From: Planctomycetota bacterium
Lineage (GTDB): Bacteria > Planctomycetota > UBA8108 > SXIK01
NCBI GenBank assembly: GCA_965223265.1
Contig: OZ244999.1
Location: 2,048,001 to 2,112,000, forward strand
Length of the DNA stretch: 64,000 nucleotides
Direction: 5' to 3'
A program made the translations under genes and the position numbers. The notes beneath the pieces were generated by a model. The model ran no database searches. It was not told the origin of the DNA and worked only from the letters and a program-made list of their open reading frames with translations. This document shows positions 9,088 through 19,088 of the stretch, one piece after another (positions within the stretch are counted from its first letter, which is position 1; each line of letters starts with the position of its first letter).

Positions 9088-11490
9088 TCAGGCGTCACAA
9101 GTGAGCTCATCCGGGGTCGGATCGTCACCGGCACTGGGATAGGGTGCCGCGGGCGGTTCTTGACCGCCGAACAGAAAAAGAAGAAGAGCGATCGGATCTG
9201 ACACGTTCAGCTGTCCATCGTCGTTGACGTCGGCTGCTTTTTGGCACTGCATGGGACCGGAAACGAAGAGATGCCGCAGTGTTCTCACCGCGTCGTTGAG
9301 ACTGAGGGTTCCGTCGAGGTCGGCGTCGCCACGAATGAATCCGCCGAAGCGAAGGCCCCATGAAGAGACGGTGGCTGGATCCAAGAAGTCACCATTGCTG
9401 ATTTCCAGGCTCCAGACCCCGGCGATCGGTTCACCTGCAAGGGACTGCAAACGACGCGACGAGGCGTCGTCGGCGCCGAAAATAAATGGAGGCGACGATG
9501 CGCCGAAACTGCTCTGTTGTAGCTGTACTCGAGTGCCAGTAGGCGACTGAAGTGTCATCTCTAAGCCGAAGGGAAAGTTGTGGACGACGTCGACGTAGAC
9601 TTGGATTGGCCGACTCGGGTGCGCAGCTGTCTGGATGTTGCCGGTGCGATCCAGCAGCACCTTGAGGGTTCGCGTTGTCCCAGCTGTAATCACGACATTC
9701 GGCGCGAAGCGCACCGAGTGAAACCACGACAGGCTGAGACGTGAGTTCAGAAATCCTCGTCGCCCGAAAACTCGCTGAAGTAGTTCGGCGTTCGAGCCCG
9801 CGTTCAGAGCCTGGTCGGCTTGAATGACTGCATCAGCGGCGTCGCGAAATGACGCGTTGTTGGACAGAAAGAAGTGGCTTTGAAAGACAAGACGAAGAGT
9901 CTCGTTCCGACCCAGCTCGGTGAATATCTGCCAAAGGGACGCCGACCACATTTCTCCATCGGCGTGTGGCTCGCCAACGAGTGCTTCGGGATACTCCTTC
10001 TCTGAGTCGAGGCGACGGATGCACGGTACGTCGAGGAAATCCTCCAAACCGCGGCTCACCCAATCGGCTAGGCAGAGGTCGCCGAATCCATCGCTGAACT
10101 CGGCCAAGTACGCGGCGGCAAAAAAGTCGGACCATCCTTCGCCAATGGCGAACGTCTCGAAGGATTCGAAGGTCGCTCCGAAGTTCGGAATCTGATTCTC
10201 CTGGGTCGCATGGCCGTACTCGTGGATGATGACTTCGGCATCTTCGGCGAAGTCGACCCCACCCGAGCCAAATGCCATCGCGCCGCGTCCGGGTGTGTCA
10301 AAACTCGGTTCGAAGAAAGCCTGGGGGTCCTCGTATGGGATCCCGGGGGGCTGTGAGTTGGCGAAAGCCGCGATTGGCCAGTTGGCGATGTCGCCGAACC
10401 CGAGCGACTGAATGAAGCGCTGCACGGAATCGATGTGATAGTAAATCATCACTTCTTCGAAGCCATCGTGGTCGCGGCGGAACGGAAAGTCGAGGCGCAC
10501 GCGCCGTACCGCGTTGGGAGTTGATGTGGTGTCAACGAATTCGCCGGCGCAGCCGCCGCTGCCGTCGAGGCCGCGAAGCGCGACGTCTGCATACGCTTCA
10601 TCGGGCACGGCGGACGCGTCGTCGTCGTTATCCTCGAGACTCGGATTCTTCAGCGCCACGACTGGGTTGACGAGAAATACGCGTCCCGTTCCGTCACGTG
10701 CTTCGCCGGGGCCGTATCGCAGTCGGTCAGTCGTCGAGAGCAGCGCCCCGGAATGGGCATCGATGCGAAGTACGAACATGCCGCTAGGTTTCGATGTCCA
10801 GACCGTCACGGCCCAGGTCAAACGCAGCGGAAGTGGTAGTGCGTGGAGCTCGAGTCTGGCCCTCGGTGGGCGGCGCTGCGCTGCTGCAAGGTTGCGAACC
10901 GCCGCGTCGATCGCTTCCGCTGCGGTCAACGTCGGGGTGACCAGCTGAAGCAAGTCCTGGGGCGGCTCTCCTAAGAAAGGAAGAGTGCTCGTGACACCGA
11001 TCAGGTCGACCGTTCCGTTTGCAGACGAACGATCGACATGGACAACGATCTCTCCGCTCGACAGCGGGACGGCTTCGACGAATGGCTGGAAGCGGACGTG
11101 GGTCGTTCCGATCCCCTGCTGCTCGCTCGTCGCTATCAGAGTCACCCCGTCGTCGGCTCCGCCGACAAGCGGTTGGACCGCTGCGAGGAACGCTTGGCAA
11201 GTCTCGGCGATCGAGCCTGTGAGCTGCAAAGGAATGCGGGCAGTCAAGGCGCGGATTCTCCCGGTGGACTCGTCCCAACGTGTCGACAGCGGTTCGGTTG
11301 AGAGTGGCCGCAGGTTTTCGAGCACACGCTGAGCTGTGCGGGTCGGCGGGCGCAAGAGTACCGGCCGATCTTGCGAAAATGCCCCTTCGGCAAGGATTGC
11401 GATCAAGAGGGTGAGCGGCGCACAGGCTCGTGTGACGCCGGAAACATCCCAACGAGCTGGTCCAGTACGAGCCTTCCCGACAACACTCAT
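9088..11490 (-). CDS. Secreted M36/M4-like zinc metallopeptidase with propeptide, proprotein-convertase P-like domain and dockerin-like tail
   Basis: HEYGH zinc motif, IGEGWSDFFA, PHADGEMW; P-domain-like LQSPTGT..GVWSL..SWGL; tail FIRGDADLDG...DVNDDG...DPTPDELTC. Confidence 0.85.
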   Translation of the reverse strand: MSVVGKARTGPARWDVSGVTRACAPLTLLIAILAEGAFSQDRPVLLRPPTRTAQRVLENLRPLSTEPLSTRWDESTGRIRALTARIPLQLTGSIAETCQAFLAAVQPLVGGADDGVTLIATSEQQGIGTTHVRFQPFVEAVPLSSGEIVVHVDRSSANGTVDLIGVTSTLPFLGEPPQDLLQLVTPTLTAAEAIDAAVRNLAAAQRRPPRARLELHALPLPLRLTWAVTVWTSKPSGMFVLRIDAHSGALLSTTDRLRYGPGEARDGTGRVFLVNPVVALKNPSLEDNDDDASAVPDEAYADVALRGLDGSGGCAGEFVDTTSTPNAVRRVRLDFPFRRDHDGFEEVMIYYHIDSVQRFIQSLGFGDIANWPIAAFANSQPPGIPYEDPQAFFEPSFDTPGRGAMAFGSGGVDFAEDAEVIIHEYGHATQENQIPNFGATFESFETFAIGEGWSDFFAAAYLAEFSDGFGDLCLADWVSRGLEDFLDVPCIRRLDSEKEYPEALVGEPHADGEMWSASLWQIFTELGRNETLRLVFQSHFFLSNNASFRDAADAVIQADQALNAGSNAELLQRVFGRRGFLNSRLSLSWFHSVRFAPNVVITAGTTRTLKVLLDRTGNIQTAAHPSRPIQVYVDVVHNFPFGLEMTLQSPTGTRVQLQQSSFGASSPPFIFGADDASSRRLQSLAGEPIAGVWSLEISNGDFLDPATVSSWGLRFGGFIRGDADLDGTLSLNDAVRTLRHLFVSGPMQCQKAADVNDDGQLNVSDPIALLLFLFGGQEPPAAPYPSAGDDPTPDELTCDA

Positions 11491-11502
11491 GCGTCCGTCG
11501 CG

Positions 11503-11566
11503 CAACTGCTTTGCCTCAACTGCTTTGCCTCAACTGCTTTGCCTCAACTGCTTTGCCTCAACTGCT
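11503..11566. repeat. 14-bp tandem repeat (CAACTGCTTTGCCT) x4 plus 8 bp
   Basis: Perfect units start at 11503, 11517, 11531 and 11545; partial unit 11559-11566. Confidence 0.95.
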
Positions 11567-11849
11567 ACAGCAATCACGCAACGCGGCAGTGACTGCATCG
11601 CTTCTTTGTCCGCATTGTAACCGAAGCGTGAAGCGCAGCATCACGTATTCCTTTGCGGCTGCACGGGGAACATGTCAAGGCGCGGTGACAAGATCAAACG
11701 GACGACGAACCTGTTTTTCGTATCGATGGTCAGGATGTTTCGCGTCCGTGGTGTTGGTGAGCGTCAGTCTTGTGGTTGCGTGGGCGTGCGGGTGGGGTCC
11801 TCGAGCGCCTGCCGCTTCTCTGTCTGATCTTCGTAGAAGGCCACAAGTC

Positions 11850-12280
11850 AACCGAGGAAACCTTGGTTTCCGTCCGAGCGTAGCGAGGTCCTCAGCGCAG
11901 GTCGATCTTTGGACATCGCTGTTCGACCTGCGCCTAGCGAGGCGGCACCGGAGGTCGGTCGCAAAGGGGGCAGGATGGGCGGCCCAGCGGCCGCGGAGCG
12001 TCTGTTGGTGGTATTGCGAACGACTTTCGGTGCTAGAGCAAAGCGCGCCATGCTTCCATTCGCACTCGGGGTGCAGGGTGGGGTCCGAACCAGTGCGGGC
12101 GCTGCATTCTTCGTGACGACGTCGAAGGAAATAGGAGTTCCTTGCAATCAGGAAACGAACCGCAGTCACCCAGACTGGGCATCTGTCACTGTGCTCTATT
12201 TGTCTTGGGGTTGTTTTAGCTTAGCGAGTCACCTCCGAGTTGCGTTTGCTTCGTGTTTCGTAACGGAGAGTGCGAAGAGA
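11850..12280 (-). ncRNA. Candidate bridge RNA / seekRNA in the IS 3' non-coding end
   Basis: Long non-coding end downstream of the IS110 transposase, with hairpins and segments matching the IS end and insertion site; boundaries approximate. Confidence 0.55.
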
Positions 12281-13420
12281 TCAGTTCGCTCCTGCCAACT
12301 GCGACGAGCTTTTCATCTTCCCTGGCGGACGGCGCCCGTGACCAGGAAGTGACTGCTTCTGAGGCGTTCCGTTGGGAAAGGGTTGGTAGTCCTTGTCGTT
12401 ATTCCACAAGTGATGGAGCAGAGCCGCCAGCTTGCGGGCGACCGCGACGACGGCTCGTTTCTTTGCGCCTCGGTTTTTCGAACCTGGAGGGCAAATTCGC
12501 TGCCCGAAACGGCGCAGCTCACTGTCCAGAGCGTGGGGGCCGAGGATGCAATGTGCCGCTGTGACTAAGAGCTTGCGCATGTAGGGGTCACCACACTTGC
12601 TGATTCTCAGTTGCGGATCGCGCCCCGAGGACCGATCGACTATGGGAGTAAGCCCAATGTAGGATCCCACCAGACGACTTTGCTCGAAACGACGGTGATC
12701 ATGCACAGTCAAGACGAACGCTAACGCCGTGAGGGCACCCACGCCGTGTACGGTTCGCAGCCTGTCAGTCGGCGGGTAACTCTTGCACAAACCTTCGATC
12801 TGCTTGTCGAAGTCCGCGATCTGTGCACTGAGGTTCGCGATCTGCTTCAGGATCGCAAGGAGCGCGGGCGCCAGCTCTTGCGGGATCTTGTCTTTGACTT
12901 TGCGCTCGAAGTAGTGACCGTCGCACGCAGGTAGGCAGCAGCCAAAACTCAAGCAGCGCGAGCGCACGTGATTGATCATTTCCGTGCGCTGTTTGACGAA
13001 CAGCATGCGGCTGCGGATCACTGCAATCTCGGCTTGCTGCTTGAGACTGCGCAGGTGCACCAGAGGTAACTCAGCTCGGTCGCGCCATGCTGCTCGTGCC
13101 AGCTTCTTGGCGTCGATGCGATCGGTCTTCTTCTTTGTCTTGTAGATCTCCGGCATCTCGCGCGGATTCACCACCAGCACGGTGTGACCGAGCTTCTGCA
13201 GTAACGCGTTGACCCAGACGGCCTGCGGTCCAGCCTCGATCACGACTTCAGCGTGCTCCCATTGACCGAAGAACTTCTCGAACGTCTCCGCCGAGGAGCT
13301 GATCAATTGATCCTCCAGGAGTTCGCCTTGGGGCGATACGGCAAAAACATGGCTCTTTCTCTTCCCGAGATCGACACCCACGGTAATTTCCCGACGACGA
13401 TTCGTGCTAAACTGACGCAT
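12281..13420 (-). CDS. IS110-family DEDD transposase/recombinase
   Basis: GVDLG, VIEAG and KTDRIDA (DEDD RuvC-like) motifs; Transposase_20 region GVG..TA, YIGLTP..SSG..ISKCG, AVARKLA; AGGAGG RBS upstream of ATG 13420. Confidence 0.95.
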   Translation of the reverse strand: MRQFSTNRRREITVGVDLGKRKSHVFAVSPQGELLEDQLISSSAETFEKFFGQWEHAEVVIEAGPQAVWVNALLQKLGHTVLVVNPREMPEIYKTKKKTDRIDAKKLARAAWRDRAELPLVHLRSLKQQAEIAVIRSRMLFVKQRTEMINHVRSRCLSFGCCLPACDGHYFERKVKDKIPQELAPALLAILKQIANLSAQIADFDKQIEGLCKSYPPTDRLRTVHGVGALTALAFVLTVHDHRRFEQSRLVGSYIGLTPIVDRSSGRDPQLRISKCGDPYMRKLLVTAAHCILGPHALDSELRRFGQRICPPGSKNRGAKKRAVVAVARKLAALLHHLWNNDKDYQPFPNGTPQKQSLPGHGRRPPGKMKSSSQLAGAN

Positions 13421-13662
13421 GGCCAATCCTCCTCTGAGTTTGGGCTCGCCACGAGCGAAGCCCGTGATTTTAACTGCAGGCTTTATAGCACTGCGTGGGG
13501 ATGGATTGGCCTTCTCATCCCATTCTTCGTTTGCTTCGTTTGCATCTGTTCAAGATTCAAGAGATCAGAAGAAGAGTTGAACAAAAGGAAACAAAGTCAA
13601 CGAAGGAAGACCGTCCAAAGGAGCAAGCAACGTCGTGTGTCGTCCGGTCTGGCACACCCCGA

Positions 13663-14592
13663 CCCCGATGTTGCAAAAGAAAAGCGCTTCAAGGCGATGC
13701 GCGATTGCGTGTGCGTGTGCGTGTGCGTGGGAGTGGGAGTGGGAGTGGGAGTGGGAGTGTGCGTGGGAGTGGGAGTGTGCGTGGGAGTGGGAGTGGGAGT
13801 GGGAGTGGGCGTGTGCGTGTGCGTGTGCTGAAAGTAGCAGGCACACTCCCGTGTGCCGTCCGGTCTTGTGTGAGCGTGAGCGTGTGCTGAAAGTAGCAGG
13901 CACACTCCCGTGTGCCGTCCGGTCTTGTGTGTGAGCGTGGGCGTGAGCGTGAGCGTGTGCGTGTGCGTGTGCGTGTGCGAGGGCGTGTGCGTGTGCGTGT
14001 GCGTGTGCGTGTGCGTGTGCGTGTGCGTGTGCGTGTGCGTGTGCGTGTGCGTGTGCGTGTGCGTGGGCGTGTGCGTGTGCGTGGGCTGAAAGTAGCAGGC
14101 ACACTCCCGTGTGCCGTCCGGTCTTGTGCGTGTGCGTGTGCGTGTGCGTGTGCGTGTGCGTGTGCGTGTGCGTGTGCGTGTGCGTGTGCGTGTGCGTGTG
14201 CGTGTGCGTGTGCGTGTGCGTGTGCGTGTGCGTGGGCTGAAAGTAGCAGGCACACTCCCGTGTGCCGTCCGGTCTTGTGTGTGAGCGTGGGCGTGAGCGT
14301 GAGCGTGAGCGTGTGCGAGGGCGTGGGCGAGGGCGTGTGCGTGTGCGTGGGCGTGGGCGTGTGCGTGGGCGTGGGCGTGGGAGTGTGCGTGGGAGTGTGC
14401 GTGGGAGTGTGCGTGGGAGTGTGCGTGGGAGTGTGCGTGGGAGTGTGCGTGGGCGATCGAAGACCGGTTCTCTGCGTCTGGCTCCGTATCTGTATCTGTA
14501 TCTGCCTCCGTATCTGCATCTGACTCTGATTCTGACTATTCTGCCTCTGCCTCTGCCTCTGCCTCTGCCTCTGACGCCGTATCTGCATCTGT
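13663..14592 (+). repeat. Composite repeat locus A: conserved leader, GTGnGn hexamer tract with four 44-bp REP units, TCYGnn hexamer tract
   Basis: Leader CCCCGATGTTGCAAAAGAAAAGCGCTTCAAGGCG at 13663-13696; GTGCGT/GTGGGA/GTGAGC hexamers to about 14454; TCTGCC/TCTGTA/TCCGTA hexamers about 14470-14592. Confidence 0.9.
13827..14279 (+). repeat. Array of four identical 44-bp GTAG-type REP-like hairpins
   Basis: GCTGAAAGTAGCAGGCACACTCCCGTGTGCCGTCCGGTCTTGTG at 13827, 13886, 14085 and 14236; palindrome GGCACAC/GTGTGCC preceded by GTAG. Confidence 0.85.
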
Positions 14593-14720
14593 CTGGGTAC
14601 GTCCGAACTACGTCCGTGTCCGCCGCCCTTTCCGAAGGACCAAGACCTCGGCGATCAACCGCGATCGGAACCGATCGCACCTCGCCTTTGTGATACACAC
14701 GTCGTGTCATCCGTGGCATC

Positions 14721-16010
14721 ATGCCGCGCATGAAGAGCTTCTCTTTCGAGCCCGGACTTCTGCAGGAGCCGCCCGTTTTCACCGTGACACAAGTGACGGG
14801 CGCGCTGCGTGAGACGCTCGAAGAGGCGTTTCCGTACGTGCGCGTCCAAGGTGAGATCTCGAATTTTTCGCGGCCGCAGTCTGGGCATCTTTACTTTTCC
14901 CTTGTGGACGACGCCGCCAGCGCCGGGACGTCGCGGATGGCGTCCGCGCAGCTGCCATGCGTGATGTGGCGTTCGTCGGCGTCGCGGTTGAAGTTTCGTC
15001 CGGAGAATGGTGTTCGGGTCGTCGTTGCCGGTCGGCTAACGGTCTATGAGCCTCGCGGCACGTATCAGCTCGTGGCAGATCGTCTGCAACCGGTCGGCCT
15101 CGGCGAGCTGCAGCGTCGATTCGACGCGTTGAAGGAAGACCTCTATCGCGAAGGTCTCTTTGCCGCCGAACGCAAACGGCCCCTGCCGCGCTGGCCGGCG
15201 TGCATCGGGCTGGTAACCTCTCCCACTGGAGCCGCGATACGAGATTTTCTCCGCATCCTGTTCCAGCGCCATCCACGTGCCTGGGTGCGTGTTGTTCCCG
15301 TACGCGTTCAGGGCGATGGCTCGGCCTCGGAGATTGTCGCTGCGCTCGACGTGCTCAACCGTTCGGGATCGCCGGTTGACGTGATCGTTGTGACGCGCGG
15401 CGGTGGCAGCCTGGAAGATCTCTGGTCGTTCAATGAAGAGCCGGTCGCGCGTGCGATCGCGGCAAGCGCCGTACCCGTCGTTTCAGCGATAGGACACGAG
15501 GTCGACTATACGATCGCGGACTTCGTCGCCGACGCCCGCGCGCAAACTCCGACCCATGCGAGCGAGTTGGTCGTGCCAGACGTTAGTGAGGTGACCGAAA
15601 GGCTTGGGGCGACGCTACGCCGGCTTCACCTTGCCGCCGGTGGTATCGTCGCGCGCCGCCGCGAGCGGGTCGACGAGAGGCTCCAGTCACGTACATTCGC
15701 GCGACCCGTCGAGATGTTGGCGAGGCGGGCGGAGTACGTGGACCAACTTTTCGACAAACTCGACAGTGGCCTTCAACGGTGGCTCGTTCGCCAAGAGCAT
15801 GAAATTCAAGCACTTGCTGGTCGACTGGGGGCATTGGATCCACGAAGAGTCTTGGCGCGAGGTTATGCGAAAGTGACCAATGCGGATGGAGAGATAGTCC
15901 TGAACGCTCGACAAGTGAAGATCGGCGAGCTTGTCGCCGTCGAACTGGCCTCTGGTCGAATCGAGGCGCGTGTCGAGTCGAACGGCGACGCATCGGAGTT
16001 TGCTGAATGA
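14721..16010 (+). CDS. xseA: Exodeoxyribonuclease VII large subunit
   Basis: [47 protein letters not shown] motifs. Confidence 0.96.
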   Translation: MPRMKSFSFEPGLLQEPPVFTVTQVTGALRETLEEAFPYVRVQGEISNFSRPQSGHLYFSLVDDAASAGTSRMASAQLPCVMWRSSASRLKFRPENGVRVVVAGRLTVYEPRGTYQLVADRLQPVGLGELQRRFDALKEDLYREGLFAAERKRPLPRWPACIGLVTSPTGAAIRDFLRILFQRHPRAWVRVVPVRVQGDGSASEIVAALDVLNRSGSPVDVIVVTRGGGSLEDLWSFNEEPVARAIAASAVPVVSAIGHEVDYTIADFVADARAQTPTHASELVVPDVSEVTERLGATLRRLHLAAGGIVARRRERVDERLQSRTFARPVEMLARRAEYVDQLFDKLDSGLQRWLVRQEHEIQALAGRLGALDPRRVLARGYAKVTNADGEIVLNARQVKIGELVAVELASGRIEARVESNGDASEFAE

Positions 16011-16360
16011 GTGAGCCGGAACAAAGTCCCTACACATCGTTTGAAGAAGCGTTTGAGGCGGCAGAGAACGCAAGCGATCGACTCGAGCGCGGCGACCTAA
16101 CTCTCGAGGCGAGCTTGAAAGAATACGAACGCGGCGCACGTGCTCTGCGTGAGTGTTATCGGATGCTCGAGACGGCGCAATCACGGCTGGAAGTGCTGCG
16201 CTCGGAGACGCGAAGTGACGGAAACGATTCAGACAGCGCAGCATGGGTTGTCGCCAAACCATCTGGGCCGTTGGAAGAGGTGCTTCGGCATTTGGGGCAG
16301 GAGGGGGAAACGCCTCAGAGCGACGGTGCTTCAGAGGCAGGAAGGATCGTCAAAGAATGA
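16007..16360 (+). CDS. xseB: Exodeoxyribonuclease VII small subunit
   Basis: SFEEA..LERGDLTLEASLKEYERG motif; overlaps the xseA stop. Confidence 0.88.
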   Translation: MSEPEQSPYTSFEEAFEAAENASDRLERGDLTLEASLKEYERGARALRECYRMLETAQSRLEVLRSETRSDGNDSDSAAWVVAKPSGPLEEVLRHLGQEGETPQSDGASEAGRIVKE

Positions 16361-16489
16361 CGAGATTTCCTTGTCTTCTGGCAGATGCGAACTATTATTC
16401 TTCGTTTGAACTTGCAGCGACGGCCCGGCGGCCGCAACGGCCGGCCAGTGAGCTTGTCGATTGAGCTGAGTTCGAAGAGGAGCCCGCTC

Positions 16490-18514
16490 ATGCCTGATGT
16501 CCTGTCTCGTGTCGATCATCCTCATGATCTGCGCGGACTCTCGATCGCGGAGCTTGAACAGCTCGCTACAGAGATTCGCCAGCGGATTATGGAGGTCGTC
16601 AACGTCAACGGGGGGCACCTGGCGTCCAATCTCGGCATGGTCGAACTGACGCTGGCGCTTCATCGCGTCTTCGATCTGCCTCACGATCGTCTCGTTTGGG
16701 ACGTGAGTCATCAGACGTACCCCCACAAATTGCTCACGGGGCGTAAGGATCGATTTCATCTTCTCCGCAAATACAACGGGATTAGTGGGTTCTGCAACAA
16801 ACGCGAGAGCGTCTTCGATCTCTTCGACGCTGGTCACGCGGGTACGGCGGTGTCGCTCGGACTCGGCGTCGCCGTTGCCGACCACCTTCTCGGTCGGCGA
16901 AGTAAGACGATTGCGGTAGTTGGCGATGCAGCGATTGCCGCCGGCATGGCATTTGAAGCGCTGAACCATGCCGGCGAGCTGAAACGCGACTTCATGGTCG
17001 TGCTCAACGACAATCGAATGTCGATCGACGTCTCGGTGGGGGCGCTGTCGAAGTACCTGAACAAGCTGCGCACAAAGCCCAAGTACCAAGATCTCAAGAA
17101 GGATATGCACGACGTCTTGTCGCGCATTCCGGTGGTCGGCAAACGGATGGAAGGGACGCTCGACCACGTTCGGGAGTCGATCAAGCATTCGTTTGTGCCT
17201 GGACTGATTTTTCAGGAGCTTGGTTTCAACTACTACGGGCCGGTCGACGGACACGATCTTTCGGGACTGCTGCAAGTTTTCGAGGATTTGAAACAGCAGA
17301 GCGCTCCGATTCTCCTGCACCTTCACTCGGTGAAGGGGTGCGGCTACGATCCCGCGACGAACGATCCGGTCAAGTACCATGCTCTGAAGGGCTTTCTCAA
17401 GAAAGACACCGTCGGCGACAAGAGCGACGAGACGGACAAGACCGACAAGACCGTCAAGCCGGAGACAGCGGCGCCGCCGAAGCCGCGTCAGGTGATGTAC
17501 TCCGACGTCTTCGCGGAAACGCTGATCGAAGCCGCGCGCAAGGATCGGCGCTTGGTGGCGATCACGGCCGGCATGCCTGGCGGGACAGGGTTGACGGCGT
17601 TCGCCAAAGAGTTTCCAGAACGTTACTTCGACGTCGGCATCGCGGAGCAGCATGGCGCCGCAGTCAGCTCTGGGATGGCGTACGGCGGCTTGAAGGCCGT
17701 GTTCGCCGTCTACTCAACGTTTTGCCAGCGTGCGTACGACCAGTTCGTGCATGACGTTTGCATTCAAGAGAATCCGGTCATCCTCTGCCTGGATAGGGCT
17801 GGTCTGGTCGAGGATGGATGGACGCACCATGGCGTGTTCGACATCGCCTACATGCGCTGCATTCCGAACTGTATTTTGATGGCGCCCAGAGACGCCGAAG
17901 AGTACGTGCGAATGTTCCAGCTGGCTCTTGAGCAGACCGACAAGTGCGTCGCGATACGATACCCCAAGGCCGCGGTGCCGAAACTGCCCTCGAGTCGTGA
18001 GCCGCAGCTCGTCCTTGGCAAAGCCGAAACCCTTCGACAGGGCGAAGGCGTGGCGATCCTCGCCTACGGTGCGATGGTCGAGTTGGCCTACCAAGCTGCT
18101 TCTGAGCTCGAGCAAGGCGGTGTTGATGTTACCGTCGTCAATGCTCGATTTGCTAAGCCCTTCGACACGGACCTTCTGTGTCGACTCGCGCCGCGGCACC
18201 ACAGCTTGATCACGATCGAGGAGCATGCGCTCGCCGGTGGTTTTGGCAGCGCCGTCCTCGAGCACATTGCCGATCTCAACTTGTCGTTCTCGCGCGTGGT
18301 CCGTATGGGCGTGCCGGATCACTTTCAGAACATCGGCGCGCGTGAGCACTTGCTTCAGGACTGCGGGCTGACGGTCGAGAACATCGTGAGCTCCGCTCGC
18401 GAGCTTCACAGTGGCAGCGAGTCGACCCTGCCAACGGCGCAGAGACCGGTTCGAACCAGCGGCGCTGAGGCTTCAGGGCGGAGTCGGTCGGACCTTTCAT
18501 CGCCGGTTCGGTGA
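16490..18514 (+). CDS. dxs: 1-deoxy-D-xylulose-5-phosphate synthase
   Basis: [39 protein letters not shown]; RBS-supported ATG at 16490. Confidence 0.96.
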   Translation: MPDVLSRVDHPHDLRGLSIAELEQLATEIRQRIMEVVNVNGGHLASNLGMVELTLALHRVFDLPHDRLVWDVSHQTYPHKLLTGRKDRFHLLRKYNGISGFCNKRESVFDLFDAGHAGTAVSLGLGVAVADHLLGRRSKTIAVVGDAAIAAGMAFEALNHAGELKRDFMVVLNDNRMSIDVSVGALSKYLNKLRTKPKYQDLKKDMHDVLSRIPVVGKRMEGTLDHVRESIKHSFVPGLIFQELGFNYYGPVDGHDLSGLLQVFEDLKQQSAPILLHLHSVKGCGYDPATNDPVKYHALKGFLKKDTVGDKSDETDKTDKTVKPETAAPPKPRQVMYSDVFAETLIEAARKDRRLVAITAGMPGGTGLTAFAKEFPERYFDVGIAEQHGAAVSSGMAYGGLKAVFAVYSTFCQRAYDQFVHDVCIQENPVILCLDRAGLVEDGWTHHGVFDIAYMRCIPNCILMAPRDAEEYVRMFQLALEQTDKCVAIRYPKAAVPKLPSSREPQLVLGKAETLRQGEGVAILAYGAMVELAYQAASELEQGGVDVTVVNARFAKPFDTDLLCRLAPRHHSLITIEEHALAGGFGSAVLEHIADLNLSFSRVVRMGVPDHFQNIGAREHLLQDCGLTVENIVSSARELHSGSESTLPTAQRPVRTSGAEASGRSRSDLSSPVR

Positions 18515-18564
18515 GGCTCACCCCACGGATCTTCGCGCGAACCATCTTTCTGGAGCAGCACCGC

Positions 18565-19020
18565 ATGCGCGCCGTCGTCCAGCGGGTGAATCACGCCGAA
18601 GTGACAGTTGGCGGTGCGTGCACCGGAAAGATCGAGCGTGGTCTTCTTGTCTTTCTTGGTATCGGCCGGAACGACACCGATGACGACGTCCGCTACTTGG
18701 CTGAAAAAGTAGTCGACTTGCGCATCTTTCCCGGCGCGGACGGCAAGTCGATGCAGCGGTCGCTTCGAGACTTGTCCGGCGGCGAGGTGCTGCTTGTCTC
18801 TCAGTTCACGCTCTATGGTGATTGCCGCAAGGGCCGGAGGCCAAGTTTTGACGCTGCCGCGCAACCCGAGACTGCCAAGACTCTTTACAGGGGATTCGCG
18901 GCGGCTTTGACCGCGAGAGGATTTCCGCCGCAGGAAGGAGTCTTCGCTGCGCAGATGTTAGTGTCGCTGGAAAACGACGGGCCAGTGACCATTCTTCTCG
19001 ACAGCGAACGGACTTTCTGA
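18565..19020 (+). CDS. dtd: D-aminoacyl-tRNA deacylase
   Basis: [26 protein letters not shown] motifs. Confidence 0.95.
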   Translation: MRAVVQRVNHAEVTVGGACTGKIERGLLVFLGIGRNDTDDDVRYLAEKVVDLRIFPGADGKSMQRSLRDLSGGEVLLVSQFTLYGDCRKGRRPSFDAAAQPETAKTLYRGFAAALTARGFPPQEGVFAAQMLVSLENDGPVTILLDSERTF

Positions 19021-19088
19021 AACCGAACCACCGCCGCAGTAGAATCTCGTGCGAAATCCCGGCTGAGATAGTCTAATAGTCATAGCCT

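Larger units (their letters stand above)
11828..13530 (-). mobile_element. IS110-family (IS1111-like) insertion sequence
   Basis: Transposase gene bracketed by 9-bp sub-terminal inverted repeats (AGAAGGCCA 11835-11843; TGGCCTTCT 13507-13515), a 7-bp TCTTCGT at both ends (11828-11834, 13524-13530), and a ~450-bp non-coding 3' end. Confidence 0.8.

Noticed and set aside
11511-12352. ORFs 11511-12116, 11675-12169 and 11909-12352 as genes
   Set aside because: No recognisable motifs; they cross the inferred IS boundary or overlap the transposase, and the region is better explained as the IS non-coding end.
13827-14279. CRISPR array
   Set aside because: Spacers are low-complexity hexamers of very unequal length (15-155 bp), there are no cas genes in the window, and the unit has a GTAG-REP structure.
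13495-14782. Long low-complexity ORFs (poly-HT, RT, HA, VC) over repeat locus A
   Set aside because: Hexamer tracts lack stop codons in most frames, so overlapping ORFs appear on both strands; no independent coding evidence.
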